From NCBI GenBank assembly GCA_036267515.1, contig DATAVW010000076.1, positions 2,567-66,566 on the forward strand: a stretch of DNA of 64,000 bases. The letters are read 5' to 3'. Under the pieces are notes generated by a model. It made no database searches and was not told the DNA's origin. It saw only the letters and a program-made list of their open reading frames with translations. The stretch comes from Rhizomicrobium sp. Its GTDB lineage: Bacteria > Pseudomonadota > Alphaproteobacteria > Micropepsales > Micropepsaceae. Position numbers and translations under genes: made by a program. Below are positions 19,484 to 29,805 of this stretch, one piece after another (the stretch's first letter is position 1; each line of letters begins with the position of its first letter).

Positions 19484-20719
19484 ATGGGTCAGCAAGACAC
19501 GATCGCGGTGATCGGCGCCGGCGTGGTCGGCGCGGCCGCCGCTTTCGCCTTGGCGCGCGAGGGCCGCCGGGTTTTGCTGCTCGATCGGGCAGAGCCGGGC
19601 ACGGCCGGCGCCAGCTTCGGCAACGCCGGACACATCGCCGCGGAATTGGTGCAACCCCTGCCCTCGCCGTCCCTGCTGTTCGGATTCTACCGCGAGCTGT
19701 TCCGCTTCGGCGGCGCGCTGGATCTGCCGCCCAAGCAAGCATTGCGCATGTCGCCTTGGATACTGAAATTTGCCGCGGCGGCATTTCGCCGCGCCGAGAA
19801 CACACGCCACTTGGCGCCGCTGGTGCGCCCTTCCGCCGAGGTCTGGGAGCGGTGGGCCAAGACCGTCGGCCGCCCGGAGCTGTTGCGGCGGCACGGGCAC
19901 TATGAGGTTTCCTTGGGACCGCAAAGCCACGGCCGGATGCAGGCGTATGCTCGCGAGATGGCGCAGATCGGCGTCAAAACCCGCGCGATGTCCGCGGAGC
20001 AATTGTTGCCGCTGCAACAGGGCGCCAAAGCGGCAAGCTCCGCGGGCTTGTGGTTCGAGGACTCCGCGTACCTGGTCGATCCTTTGGAAGCAGTGCGCGC
20101 GCTGGTTTCCGCAGCGTCGACCTGTAATGCCGTTTTTCGAAAATTGGACGTGACGGCGCTGCGTGCGCGCGGCGAGAAGATCGAGGTCGTGAGCGCCGAG
20201 ACGACTCTGGTGGTGGACGGCGCGCTGGTTTGTGCCGGCGTACGTTCCGCGCCGCTGCTCGCGCCATTCGGATTGCGCGCGCCGCTCCAGGCGGTGCGCG
20301 GTTATCACATCGAGATGCCGGGGCAAACGGCATTCTTCGATGCGCCGGTGGCGTATATCGGCGATCGCGTGATCGTCACCCCCATGAAAGGCCGGGTCCG
20401 CGCAACCAGTTACATGGAATTCGCCGACCCCGACGCACCGCCCGATGCGCGCAAACCTCTGCGCCTGCGGCAACGAGTGCGCGCGCTCGGCTACATCTGC
20501 GAATCGGATGGACCGAGCTGGCTCGGCTCGCGCCCGGTGCTGCCGGATTATCTGCCTGGAATCGGCCGCGCGCCGGGACCCGCAAAGCTGTTTTACGCCG
20601 TTGGCCACCAGCATATCGGACTTACCCTCGCGCCTTTCACGGCCGAGCTGATCGCCGACTTGGTAACGGGCCGCGCGCCGTCGATACCGCTGGCAGCCTT
20701 TGATCTGCAACGCTTCTGA
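19484..20719 (+). CDS. DadA-like FAD oxidoreductase, probable D-hydroxyproline dehydrogenase
   Basis: GAGVVG, ASFGNAG, RGYH, WLGSRP.LPD, GHQHIGLT; gene context. Confidence 0.8.
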   Translation: MGQQDTIAVIGAGVVGAAAAFALAREGRRVLLLDRAEPGTAGASFGNAGHIAAELVQPLPSPSLLFGFYRELFRFGGALDLPPKQALRMSPWILKFAAAAFRRAENTRHLAPLVRPSAEVWERWAKTVGRPELLRRHGHYEVSLGPQSHGRMQAYAREMAQIGVKTRAMSAEQLLPLQQGAKAASSAGLWFEDSAYLVDPLEAVRALVSAASTCNAVFRKLDVTALRARGEKIEVVSAETTLVVDGALVCAGVRSAPLLAPFGLRAPLQAVRGYHIEMPGQTAFFDAPVAYIGDRVIVTPMKGRVRATSYMEFADPDAPPDARKPLRLRQRVRALGYICESDGPSWLGSRPVLPDYLPGIGRAPGPAKLFYAVGHQHIGLTLAPFTAELIADLVTGRAPSIPLAAFDLQRF

Positions 20720-20750
20720 AACATCGTCACACAGTACAAAGGGCTTCTTC

Positions 20751-22505
20751 ATGCACACTCCTTCATCCCGGACCTTCAGCTTGGCTTGCGCAATATTCGC
20801 GGTCTGCGCCTGCACGCAGCAGCAGCCGCCGAACGCCGATGCCCGCCTGCAGAAAATATATGCGGATGAGTGGCAGTGGCGCGAGCAACAGTTTCCGGAC
20901 AACGAAGATGCGCAGAAACCCATCCAAGACCATCTGCCGAAGGTCGACCCCGCCAGTCAGGCGGCACGGCTGCAGATGTGGCAGGACGTGCTGAGAAAGC
21001 TCGATGCGATTCCGCGCGCCGAGCTCTCCGCCGCGGAGCAGCTGAATTTCGACATCTATCACCCGCAGATCCAGGCACTGATCGAGGATCAACAATTCCG
21101 CGAATTCGAAATGCCCGCCAATTCGGATACCACGTTTTGGACAAATCTCGGCTATACCGCGCGGCGGCAGTATCGTTCTGTGCAGGATTACCGCAACTGG
21201 CTCAGTCAGATGCAGGATGTACCGCGCTACTTCCGCGAAGAGATCGATGAAATGCGGGCGGGCTTGAAGCGCGGCTTCACGCCGCCGCGCGTCACGCTCG
21301 AGGGACGCGATGCCTCGATCACCGCGGTCACGGATGCGGCCCCGGAAAGCAGCCTGTTCTATACGCCGTTCAAGGACATGCATGGCATTTCGGATGCCGA
21401 TCAAAAGACGCTGCGCGAGCAAGCGGTCAACACCATCCGCGACAGCGTGCAGCCCGCGTATCGTGAACTGCTGACTTTCTTCCGCAATGAGTATCTTCCT
21501 GGGACCCGCACCACGCTGGCCGCCTACGATCTTCCGGACGGCAAGGCCTACTATCAATCGAGAATTCGGCAGTTCACGACGCTTGACGAAGACCCGGCCG
21601 CCATCCATGCCTTCGGCGAAGCGGAAGTCGCGCGCCTGCACGAAGCCATGCTCGCCGCCATGCAGGAGACCGGTTTCAAGGGCGACTTTCCCGCGTTTCT
21701 CGCGTTCTTGCGCAAGGATCCGCAGTTCTACGCCAAGACGCCGGAGGAATTGCTGATGCGCGCGGCGTGGATCGCCAAGCGCTTCGACGGCAAGGCATCG
21801 CAGTTCTTCGGGCTGCTGCCGCGCGCGCGCTTTGCCATCAAGCCGGTGCCCGACGATCTCGCGCCCTTCTACACCTCCGGCCGCGGCGGTCCGGGCGTGT
21901 ACTTGGTCAATACCTATAACCTGCCGGGCCGGCCGCTCTATAACTTGACGGCACTCACGCTGCACGAGTCCGCTCCGGGCCACGCCTTCCAGATGCCGAT
22001 CGCACTCGAGCACAAGCAGCAGCCGGAATTTCGTCAACACACCTATCTGTCGGCGTACGGCGAGGGCTGGGCGCTGTACTGTGAAATCCTCGGCGTGGAG
22101 ATGGGCATGTACGACACGCCCTATGATCGGTTCGGCATGCTGAACTATCAGATTTGGCGCGCCGCACGGCTGGTGGTCGATACCGGAATTCATGCGCAAG
22201 GTTGGAGCCGCGACCGGGCTATTGCCTATTTTCGCGAATACACGGCGCTGCCGCTGCATGAGATCGACACCGAGATCGACCGCTACATCGCCTGGCCGGC
22301 ACAGGCGCTGTCCTATTACCTGGGCGAGGACGCCATCTTGAAAGCACGGGCCAAGGCGGAAAAGGCGCTGGGTGACAAGTTCAATGTCCGCGCCTTCCAT
22401 GACGCCGTGCTGGAGTTGGGCTCGGTACCGATCCCGGTGCTGCAAGCGCGAGTCGATCGATTCATCGCGGAAGGGGGCAAGGGTCCTTACCCCGAGATGG
22501 AATAG
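20751..22505 (+). CDS. DUF885-family lipoprotein (putative zinc metallopeptidase)
   Basis: Lipobox-like AVCAC, LHESAPGH, EGWALY, RAARLVVDTGIH, RYIAWPAQALSY. Confidence 0.88.
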   Translation: MHTPSSRTFSLACAIFAVCACTQQQPPNADARLQKIYADEWQWREQQFPDNEDAQKPIQDHLPKVDPASQAARLQMWQDVLRKLDAIPRAELSAAEQLNFDIYHPQIQALIEDQQFREFEMPANSDTTFWTNLGYTARRQYRSVQDYRNWLSQMQDVPRYFREEIDEMRAGLKRGFTPPRVTLEGRDASITAVTDAAPESSLFYTPFKDMHGISDADQKTLREQAVNTIRDSVQPAYRELLTFFRNEYLPGTRTTLAAYDLPDGKAYYQSRIRQFTTLDEDPAAIHAFGEAEVARLHEAMLAAMQETGFKGDFPAFLAFLRKDPQFYAKTPEELLMRAAWIAKRFDGKASQFFGLLPRARFAIKPVPDDLAPFYTSGRGGPGVYLVNTYNLPGRPLYNLTALTLHESAPGHAFQMPIALEHKQQPEFRQHTYLSAYGEGWALYCEILGVEMGMYDTPYDRFGMLNYQIWRAARLVVDTGIHAQGWSRDRAIAYFREYTALPLHEIDTEIDRYIAWPAQALSYYLGEDAILKARAKAEKALGDKFNVRAFHDAVLELGSVPIPVLQARVDRFIAEGGKGPYPEME

Positions 22506-22517
22506 GACATTGTCTGG

Positions 22518-23414
22518 ATGAATGTCGGAAGAAACCTGTTGATCGGCGCGATAGCGCTGGTGGCGTTGACGTACATCGCGCGCTGGTGGCGGCTGGAGCG
22601 AGCGCGCGCGGTGGATCCCGGCCGGGCGCGCCGGCCGCGATTTTCCGATCTTCTCGTGGGATTCGTCACGAACTTTTTCGATACCTTGGGGATCGGCTGC
22701 TTTGCGCCGACCACGGCCTATTACAAGCTGCGCGCGCGCATGCCGGACGATGAGATCCCCGGCACGTTGAACACGGGCCATGCCTTGCCGGCCATCACCG
22801 AGGCACTGATCTTCATCGCAATCGTCAGCGTGGACTTGACCACATTGGTCAGCATGATCGCCGCAGCCGTGCTCGGCGCCTGGCTCGGCGTCGGCATCGT
22901 TTCGCGCCTCTCGCGGCGCGGCATCCAGCTCGGCATGGGAGGGGCGCTGATGTGCGCAGCCCTGCTTTTTTTGGCGAAAAACCTCGACTGGGTGCCGGGC
23001 GGCGGCGACGCCTTGGCATTGCACGGGCCCACGTTGATTTTCGCCGTCGGCGTGAATTTTTTTCTGGGCGCACTGATGATGCTGGGCGTCGGGCTGTTTG
23101 CGCCGTGCCTAATTCTGGTGAGTCTGCTCGGCATGAGCCCGTTGGCAGCCTTCCCGATCATGATGGGTTCTTGCGCGCTGTTGATGCCGGTCGGCGGCGC
23201 CCGATTTGTACGCAGCGGCCGCTACAACCTGAGCGCGGCAATGGGACTCGCGATCGGCGGCATTCCGGGCGTGCTGATCGCCGCTTATATCGTGAGGTCG
23301 TTGCCGGTGTTCTGGCTGCGCTGGCTGGTGCTGGCGGTGGTCGTCTACGCGGCGGTGCAGATGCTGCGGTCGGCGCGGCGCGATCGTGTGGCGGCTACAG
23401 CGAGCGCGCAATGA
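22518..23414 (+). CDS. TSUP/TauE-SafE family membrane transporter
   Basis: NFFDTLGIGCFA, PGTLN, FPIMMGSCA; many TM helices. Confidence 0.8.
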   Translation: MNVGRNLLIGAIALVALTYIARWWRLERARAVDPGRARRPRFSDLLVGFVTNFFDTLGIGCFAPTTAYYKLRARMPDDEIPGTLNTGHALPAITEALIFIAIVSVDLTTLVSMIAAAVLGAWLGVGIVSRLSRRGIQLGMGGALMCAALLFLAKNLDWVPGGGDALALHGPTLIFAVGVNFFLGALMMLGVGLFAPCLILVSLLGMSPLAAFPIMMGSCALLMPVGGARFVRSGRYNLSAAMGLAIGGIPGVLIAAYIVRSLPVFWLRWLVLAVVVYAAVQMLRSARRDRVAATASAQ

Positions 23415-24558
23415 TCACTTTCATGATCTCGGTGGATCCGCCGTAGATGCGCGCGATGCGCGAGTCTCGAAAGATGCGCGCGATCGGATACTCATTGATG
23501 TAGCCGTAGCCGCCATGCAGCTGCAGGCAATCATCGACGATTTGCCACTCGGTTTCGGTGGCCCACATTTTGGCAATCGCGGCCGTGGTGCCGTCGAGCG
23601 CCCCATTTAGCAGCCGTGCAATGCAATCATTGATGAAAACTTTCGCCACCGTGGCCTTGGCCTTCGCCTCGGCCAGCTTGAATTGCGAATTTTGAAAGTC
23701 GATGATGCGTTGGCCGAAAGCCTTGCGGCTCTTGACGTACTCGATGGTCGTTTCCAATGCCTTTTCCATGGTAATGACGGCGCCGATGGCGATGAGCAGC
23801 CGTTCCCGCGGCAGCTCCGCCATCAGCTGGGAGAATCCCTTGCCCTCCTCCGTGCCGAGCAAATTGCCGGCCGGCACCCAGACATCGTCGAAGAACAATT
23901 CGGAGGTGTCCTGGGCATCCAGTCCGATCTTGTCGAGTTTCTTGCCCCGTCTGAAGCCTTGCACCTGATCGGTTTCCACGATCAATAGAGACACGCCGCG
24001 CGAGCCCAGGGCCGGATCGGTCTTGGCCGCGACCACGATGAAATCGGCCACTTGTCCGTTGGAAATGAACGTCTTCGAGCCGTTGATCCGGTAGCCGTCG
24101 CCGTCGCGCCGTGCGGTGGTGCGGATGGATTGCAGGTCGGAACCCGCGCCGGGCTCGCTCATGGCAATGGCAGAGACACGTTCACCGGAGACCAGTTTCG
24201 GCAGCCAGCGATGCTTCTGCTCTTCCGTGCCGTGCAGGATGATGTACGGCGTGATGATGACGTTGTGCAAGCCGAGCGCGAAGCCTTCGAGATTTTGCCG
24301 CGCGGCGGCATCCAGAAGCACCAGTTCGTGGCGAAAATCGGCGCCGGGACCGCCGTAAGTTTCCGGCACCATCACGCCCAAGAAACCCGCAGCCCCGGTC
24401 TCGCGCCAAAAGGCACGTTCGACCTGGCCGGCCTCGCGCCAACCGGCCACGCGCTCCGGCGGCGCTGTCCGCTGGAAGAAACGGTTTGCCGCGTCGGCAA
24501 ACATTTGGATTTCCGGATCCTGCATGAACGCGGGCGGCGGCACATCGAGCACTGACAT
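23395..24558 (-). CDS. Acyl-CoA dehydrogenase (long-chain type)
   Basis: AMSEPGAGSD, GSKTFISNG, RKAFGQ, QLHGGYG, IYGGSTEI. Confidence 0.92.
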   Translation of the reverse strand: MSVLDVPPPAFMQDPEIQMFADAANRFFQRTAPPERVAGWREAGQVERAFWRETGAAGFLGVMVPETYGGPGADFRHELVLLDAAARQNLEGFALGLHNVIITPYIILHGTEEQKHRWLPKLVSGERVSAIAMSEPGAGSDLQSIRTTARRDGDGYRINGSKTFISNGQVADFIVVAAKTDPALGSRGVSLLIVETDQVQGFRRGKKLDKIGLDAQDTSELFFDDVWVPAGNLLGTEEGKGFSQLMAELPRERLLIAIGAVITMEKALETTIEYVKSRKAFGQRIIDFQNSQFKLAEAKAKATVAKVFINDCIARLLNGALDGTTAAIAKMWATETEWQIVDDCLQLHGGYGYINEYPIARIFRDSRIARIYGGSTEIMKVIIARSL

Positions 24559-24589
24559 GGCTAGCTCCCTTCAGAGGCGATCTTGCGCA

Positions 24590-25291
24590 TCAATCATGGA
24601 ACGACACGAAATCCTCGATTGCCGCACGGTCGGTACGCAATCGGTTGATGGGCGCCGAATAGTCGCCGTAGCCGAGCGCCAATCCGCAGAACAACATCAT
24701 GGAAGGGGGCATGCTTAAGAATTCGCCCACCTCCTGGTGCCATATTGCCCAGGACTCCTGCGCACAGGTTTCCAGACCGCGTTCGCGCGCCAGCAGCATC
24801 AGCGTCTGGATCAGCATCCCCAGATCGGACCATTGCGGCGGACCCATCGAACGGTCGAGGTAGAAGAACATTCCGACCGGCGCGCCGAAAAAATCATAAT
24901 TGCGCGCGAACTGACGGTGGCGTGCCGCTCTGTCGCCGCGCGCCACGCCGATGAGCGCGTACAAGTCCTCGCCGCCCTTGTGTCGGCGCGATCGATAGGG
25001 CTCCTTGAGCTCCGGCGGATAGACGTGATATTCGGCAGTCCCGCCGAACGGTGTGGCGAGGAATTTCGGCGTCAACTGCGCGCGAAACCGCGCCATGGAA
25101 TCTCCCGTGAGCACGTGCACGAGCCATGGCTGCAAGTTGCCGCCCGAGGGCGCAAAGCATGCCGTTTCCAGCAGCTTGCGAATGGTGGCGGCATCGACCG
25201 GCTGATTGGTGAACGCGCGGCAGGAATGGCGCGACAACACCGCCTCGCTCACACCGGCGGCCGCGGAGATAGTGGTCTTGCCTTCCCGCAC
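24590..25291 (-). CDS. Nitroreductase family protein (start uncertain)
   Basis: SRHSCRAF, APSGGNLQPW, FFGAP, DLGMLIQTLML. Confidence 0.88.
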   Translation of the reverse strand: MREGKTTISAAAGVSEAVLSRHSCRAFTNQPVDAATIRKLLETACFAPSGGNLQPWLVHVLTGDSMARFRAQLTPKFLATPFGGTAEYHVYPPELKEPYRSRRHKGGEDLYALIGVARGDRAARHRQFARNYDFFGAPVGMFFYLDRSMGPPQWSDLGMLIQTLMLLARERGLETCAQESWAIWHQEVGEFLSMPPSMMLFCGLALGYGDYSAPINRLRTDRAAIEDFVSFHD

Positions 25292-25382
25292 GAATGCTCC
25301 GAAATTATGTTGTTTGCTGAAGAGTGGCCAACTTGTGCGGCCGTGCCTAGTATCATGCCACACCAGTCACGGGGGAAAGCTC

Positions 25383-26615
25383 ATGCCCGACGCGTTGATC
25401 ATCGATGCATGCCGGACGCCGCGCGGCATCGGCAAGGCCGGCAAAGGCGCGCTCGCGCACCTGCATCCACAATACCTGGGCGCCGCCGTGCTGAAAGCGC
25501 TTGCCGAGCGCAACCACTTGGCGACGAAAGAGGTCGACGATGTGATCTGGGGCACCTCCACCCAGGTCGAACGCCAAGGCGCGGATCTGGCCCGCATGGC
25601 CGCCTTGACGGCCGGCTACGACATGGTCTCGAGTGGCGTGACCTTGGATCGCTTTTGCGGCTCCGGCATTACCGCGGTCACTCTCGCCAGCGCCGCCGTC
25701 ATGTCCGGGATGGAAGATCTCATCGTCGCCGGCGGCACGGAAATGATGTCGTACACGGCCGGTCTGCCGCACGGCTCGCCGTTCTTGGACCGCGGCAACG
25801 AACAGCTGCGCGCGCTTCATCCGCAGTCGCATCAGGGTGTCTGCGCCGACGCCATCGCCACCTTGGAAAGCATCACGCGCGCCGATGTCGATGCGCTGGC
25901 ACTGGAGAGCCAGCAGCGCGCGGCACGCGCCATCAAGCTCGGCTACTTCGATCGCAGCGTGGTTCCGGTATCGAATCCCGACGGCAGCATGGCGCTCGAT
26001 CACGAACAGTTTCCGCGCCCGCAAACCACCGCCGAAGGCCTCGCGGCCCTGAAGCCCTCGTTTGCGGCGCTCGCGGATTACCCCTTGGACGGGGATGGCA
26101 CCACCTATCGCCGCTTGATCCAGCAAAAGTATCCGGGCCTTGAAATCGACCACATTCACCATGCCGGCAACAGCTCAGGCGTCGTCGACGGCGCCGCCGC
26201 CGTGCTGATTGCCTCGCCGGACTACGCGCGCAAGCGCGGCCTGAAGGCCCGGGCTCGGGTGCTGGCCTATGCCAACATCGGCGATTCGCCGACGCTAATG
26301 CTGAATGCGCCGGTGCCCGCCGCTAACAAGGCGCTGCAGCGCGCCGGTCTCACGGCACAGGACATCGACCTGTGGGAGATCAACGAAGCCTTCGCGGTGG
26401 TCGCCGAAAAATTCATTCGCGACCTGAAGCTCGATCGCAACAAGGTCAACGTGAACGGCGGCGCAATCGCCTTGGGGCATCCCATCGGCGCCACCGGTTC
26501 CATTTTGATCGGCACATTGCTCGATGAGCTGGAGCGGCGCGGCCTGAGACGGGGACTGGCAACGATGTGCGCGGGCGGCGGCATGGCGCCGGCCATCATC
26601 ATTGAACGGATCTGA
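25383..26615 (+). CDS. Acetyl-CoA C-acyltransferase (thiolase)
   Basis: CRTPRG, RFCGSG, NEAF, GHPIGATG, CAGGGM. Confidence 0.93.
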   Translation: MPDALIIDACRTPRGIGKAGKGALAHLHPQYLGAAVLKALAERNHLATKEVDDVIWGTSTQVERQGADLARMAALTAGYDMVSSGVTLDRFCGSGITAVTLASAAVMSGMEDLIVAGGTEMMSYTAGLPHGSPFLDRGNEQLRALHPQSHQGVCADAIATLESITRADVDALALESQQRAARAIKLGYFDRSVVPVSNPDGSMALDHEQFPRPQTTAEGLAALKPSFAALADYPLDGDGTTYRRLIQQKYPGLEIDHIHHAGNSSGVVDGAAAVLIASPDYARKRGLKARARVLAYANIGDSPTLMLNAPVPAANKALQRAGLTAQDIDLWEINEAFAVVAEKFIRDLKLDRNKVNVNGGAIALGHPIGATGSILIGTLLDELERRGLRRGLATMCAGGGMAPAIIIERI

Positions 26616-28098
26616 TCCAGCAGGTGTCGCCGGCGGCATCCGCGAAAGCCATCCCCGCGCTGCCGACCGGCTCCTGCGCCCCGGAGGTAAGCCACTGAAT
26701 CGTTCCGCTGTCCGCAGCCGGCACCTTGGCCAGGAAGCGCGCTCCGCTCAGGGTTCGCGCCACGATGGCGCCCTGTCGGACCGCGCCGTCGCGGTCATAC
26801 AGCACCGTGTAAGTTTCCAGCGTGGCCGGCCCAAAATAGTCTTCTTGGAGCGGCGGCGGCGCGCCGCGCAGCGCATCCGCCTGCGCTTGATAGTCGAAAT
26901 TTTGCGGAAAACTATCGGCCGCGAATGCCGCGCGGCCCAATACGATAGAGTGATTATGCGTCGCCAGTCCGCCGTTCGCGAACAGCAAGCCGCAACGGCC
27001 TTGCCGTCGCAGCGCCAGCACCATGCTCACGACCGCGTGGCTCATGTAGTTGCCGACCGGCCCTCCGCCGAAGGTCAACCCGCCGAAGACGCTCACCGGA
27101 CGGGCCAAAGGCCAGCCCAGGATTCGGCGCGCCATCTTGGGCACGCACGGAAAGCAGCTATACAGTTCGACGTGATCGAGATCCGCGCTTGCAAGACCGT
27201 TGAGTTCCAGCGCCCGGCGAATCGAGACGGCCATGCTGGGGGAGTCCGCATAGCCGGCGCGCGCCAATAAATCGACGGGCTCATGCGCGGCGGCGCCGCG
27301 GCCGACGTAAATCAGCCTCTCATCGCTGATGCCGCGCGCGCGTGCCTCGGCCACGCTGGTCACGATGAAGCCGGCGCCCTGATTGACGCTGCTGTTGGCC
27401 ACCATCAACTTGCAGTACGGAAAGGCAATGGGTCGGTTCGCCGCCGATACGGTGCGGATTTCATCGGCCGAAAGGCATCGCCGCAACCACGCGCCGGAGT
27501 TGCCGGCAGCCACTCTGGAAAACAGCGACCAGATTTCCGCACTCTCCGCTTGGCCCTGCTCCAAGGTCTGACCGTAGGCCGCGCGGCCTGCATTTTCATA
27601 CAAGGGATACACGTCCACCGGTGCAATCAGGCCATAACGGTGCCGGTACGAGGGCCCGCGGCGCATGGCAACCGCACGCACCGCGTTTTCGGAATGGGTT
27701 GCGCGCTGCGCAGCGGTGCGCAGCGCCTCGCCGCCGACCACGGCCGCGACTTTGATTTCTCCGGCACCGATCCGGTTGGCGGCTTCGTTCAGCAACAACA
27801 GCGGGCTGTCGCCGCTGGCATAGCCGGACTTGTAGCAAATGCGCGGCGCCGCACCGACACGCGCCGCCAACGGCGCGGAAACATCGCCGAGTTCGGGAAA
27901 GGAAATTTGATCGACCACACCGAGGGAGTCGAGCCGCGGCAACCAGCCGCCGCCCGCGTCGCTGTCGGCCAAGCGGAGTGCCGCTTCCATGAGGCCGAGC
28001 GAGTCCAACCTTAAGCTCGCCTTACCGGCTTCGTCGCGGTCATTGAACTGGCCGACGCCGATGATTACCGGTACGGGATTATAGGTCTTGTCCGACAT
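26599..28098 (-). CDS. Atypical thiolase-like (acetyl-CoA acetyltransferase-like) protein
   Basis: PVIIGVGQ, VGGEA, VNQGAG, LYSCFP, GGLTFGGGPVGNYMSH. Confidence 0.8.
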   Translation of the reverse strand: MSDKTYNPVPVIIGVGQFNDRDEAGKASLRLDSLGLMEAALRLADSDAGGGWLPRLDSLGVVDQISFPELGDVSAPLAARVGAAPRICYKSGYASGDSPLLLLNEAANRIGAGEIKVAAVVGGEALRTAAQRATHSENAVRAVAMRRGPSYRHRYGLIAPVDVYPLYENAGRAAYGQTLEQGQAESAEIWSLFSRVAAGNSGAWLRRCLSADEIRTVSAANRPIAFPYCKLMVANSSVNQGAGFIVTSVAEARARGISDERLIYVGRGAAAHEPVDLLARAGYADSPSMAVSIRRALELNGLASADLDHVELYSCFPCVPKMARRILGWPLARPVSVFGGLTFGGGPVGNYMSHAVVSMVLALRRQGRCGLLFANGGLATHNHSIVLGRAAFAADSFPQNFDYQAQADALRGAPPPLQEDYFGPATLETYTVLYDRDGAVRQGAIVARTLSGARFLAKVPAADSGTIQWLTSGAQEPVGSAGMAFADAAGDTCWIRSVQ

Positions 28099-28224
28099 CA
28101 CCACCTTGCCGACTCGAGCACGGTCCGTGCTGTCCGCATAGTTGCATTTCGCGCGGCGCAAAGCTGCACTGTATAATTGATTTGCGATGCGGGCCGAGAT
28201 TCCTCCATTCCAATAAGGAGTTGC

Positions 28225-29805
28225 ATGATTACCGGCGATCTGTTCATCGGCTTCACGCGCGTGCGAACTCAGGATCGATTCGAGGCTCTGGCCGCCGCGG
28301 ACGGCGCCCCGTTGCCTGCATCCTTCAGTATCGCGGGCGCCGCCGAGGTCGCGCGGGCCTGCTCGCTCGCGGACGCGTCGTTCGACCCGTTTCGCAGTCT
28401 TGAGCTCGGCGAGCGGGCGCGGTTTCTCGAAACAATCGCGGAACAAATACTGGCGCTCGGCGACGCGCTCCTGCAGCGCGCGCACAGCGAGACCGGCCTC
28501 CCCTTGGCGCGCCTCACGGGAGAGCGCGCGCGGACCCTGGGACAGCTGAAACTGTTTGCCGCGGAGGTCCGCGATGGCAGCTATCTCAGCGTGCGGATCG
28601 ACAAAGCTCTGCCGGACCGCAAACCGCTGCCGCGCAGCGACCTTCGATTGCGCAAAATTCCAGTGGGCCCGGTCGCGGTATTCGGGGCCAGCAATTTCCC
28701 GCTGGCATTTTCGGTGGCCGGAGGCGATACCGCAGCGGCGCTTGCGGCGGGTTGCCCGGTAGTCGTGAAGAGCCATGCGGCGCATCCGGGCACGGCGGAA
28801 ATGGTTGCTCACGCGGTTCTGACAGCGGCGCAGCACTGCGGCATGCCCGACGGGGTCTTTTCTCTGTTGGCCGGCCCTTCGAATGATCTGGGCCGTGCCT
28901 TGGTGACCGATCCGCGCATCAAGGCCGTGGGCTTCACGGGCTCGCGTGCAGGCGGCCTTGCGCTGATGGCGGCGGCGGCGGCGCGCGCTGAGCCTATCCC
29001 GGTGTTCGCGGAAATGAGCAGCATCAATCCCACCATCCTATTGCCGGGTGCGCTGCGCGCGCGGGCGGCGAAGTTGGCCGAAGGATTTATCGCCTCGATG
29101 AGCTTAGGTGCCGGTCAGTTCTGTACCAATCCGGGCATGGTCCTGGCATTGTGCGGTCCTGAGACGGAAGCATTCGCGGACGCCGCGTCGGCCGCGGTCG
29201 GCGCGTCGCCGGCTCAACTAATGCTGACGCCGGCAATTCACAAGAACTATGAGCGCGGCGTCTCGCGATTGCTGCAGCAGCCGCAAGTGCAAGCACGAGG
29301 GCGCGGTCTTGAATCCGCCGGTCCCCATACCGGCCGAGCGGCGCTCTTTACCACCGATGCCGAGACGCTGCTCGCGGATCGACATCTGTCCGAGGAAGTT
29401 TTCGGTGCCTCGTCGCTCATCGTTCGCTGCAAGGATTTGGCGCAGCTGCTCGGCGTGCTCGATGGCCTCGAGGGCCAATTGACCTTGAGCCTGCATCTGG
29501 AAGGCAGCGAGGATGCCGTCATCGCGCGCCGGCTGCTCCCCGTCATGGAACGCAAGGCCGGCCGTCTCATTGTCAACGGCTGGCCGACCGGTGTCGAAGT
29601 GAGTCATGCCATGGTGCATGGCGGCCCATATCCGGCGACCTCGGACGGGCGCACCACCTCGGTAGGAACGCTGGCCCTTGACCGGTTCCTGCGGCCGATC
29701 TGTTACCAGGACTTCCCCGATTCGCTGTTGCCCGCCGAACTGCGCGGCGACCAACCGCGGGCGTATCTGCACCGCGTCGACGGACGTTTCCACATGCCTC
29801 AGTGA
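28225..29805 (+). CDS. NADP-dependent aldehyde dehydrogenase, 2,5-dioxopentanoate (alpha-ketoglutarate semialdehyde) type
   Basis: FGASNFPLAFS, GFTGS, EMSSINP, GQFCTNPG, EEVFG, HGGPYPAT; RBS TAAGGAG. Confidence 0.88.
   Translation: MITGDLFIGFTRVRTQDRFEALAAADGAPLPASFSIAGAAEVARACSLADASFDPFRSLELGERARFLETIAEQILALGDALLQRAHSETGLPLARLTGERARTLGQLKLFAAEVRDGSYLSVRIDKALPDRKPLPRSDLRLRKIPVGPVAVFGASNFPLAFSVAGGDTAAALAAGCPVVVKSHAAHPGTAEMVAHAVLTAAQHCGMPDGVFSLLAGPSNDLGRALVTDPRIKAVGFTGSRAGGLALMAAAAARAEPIPVFAEMSSINPTILLPGALRARAAKLAEGFIASMSLGAGQFCTNPGMVLALCGPETEAFADAASAAVGASPAQLMLTPAIHKNYERGVSRLLQQPQVQARGRGLESAGPHTGRAALFTTDAETLLADRHLSEEVFGASSLIVRCKDLAQLLGVLDGLEGQLTLSLHLEGSEDAVIARRLLPVMERKAGRLIVNGWPTGVEVSHAMVHGGPYPATSDGRTTSVGTLALDRFLRPICYQDFPDSLLPAELRGDQPRAYLHRVDGRFHMPQ

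Noticed and set aside
26599-28836. 745-aa ORF that looks like a large fusion; similar N-terminal extensions at 32318, 18525-19805 and 35744-36535
   Set aside because: The extensions overlap genuine neighbouring genes; the real starts are internal (28098, 33563, 19427, 36061)
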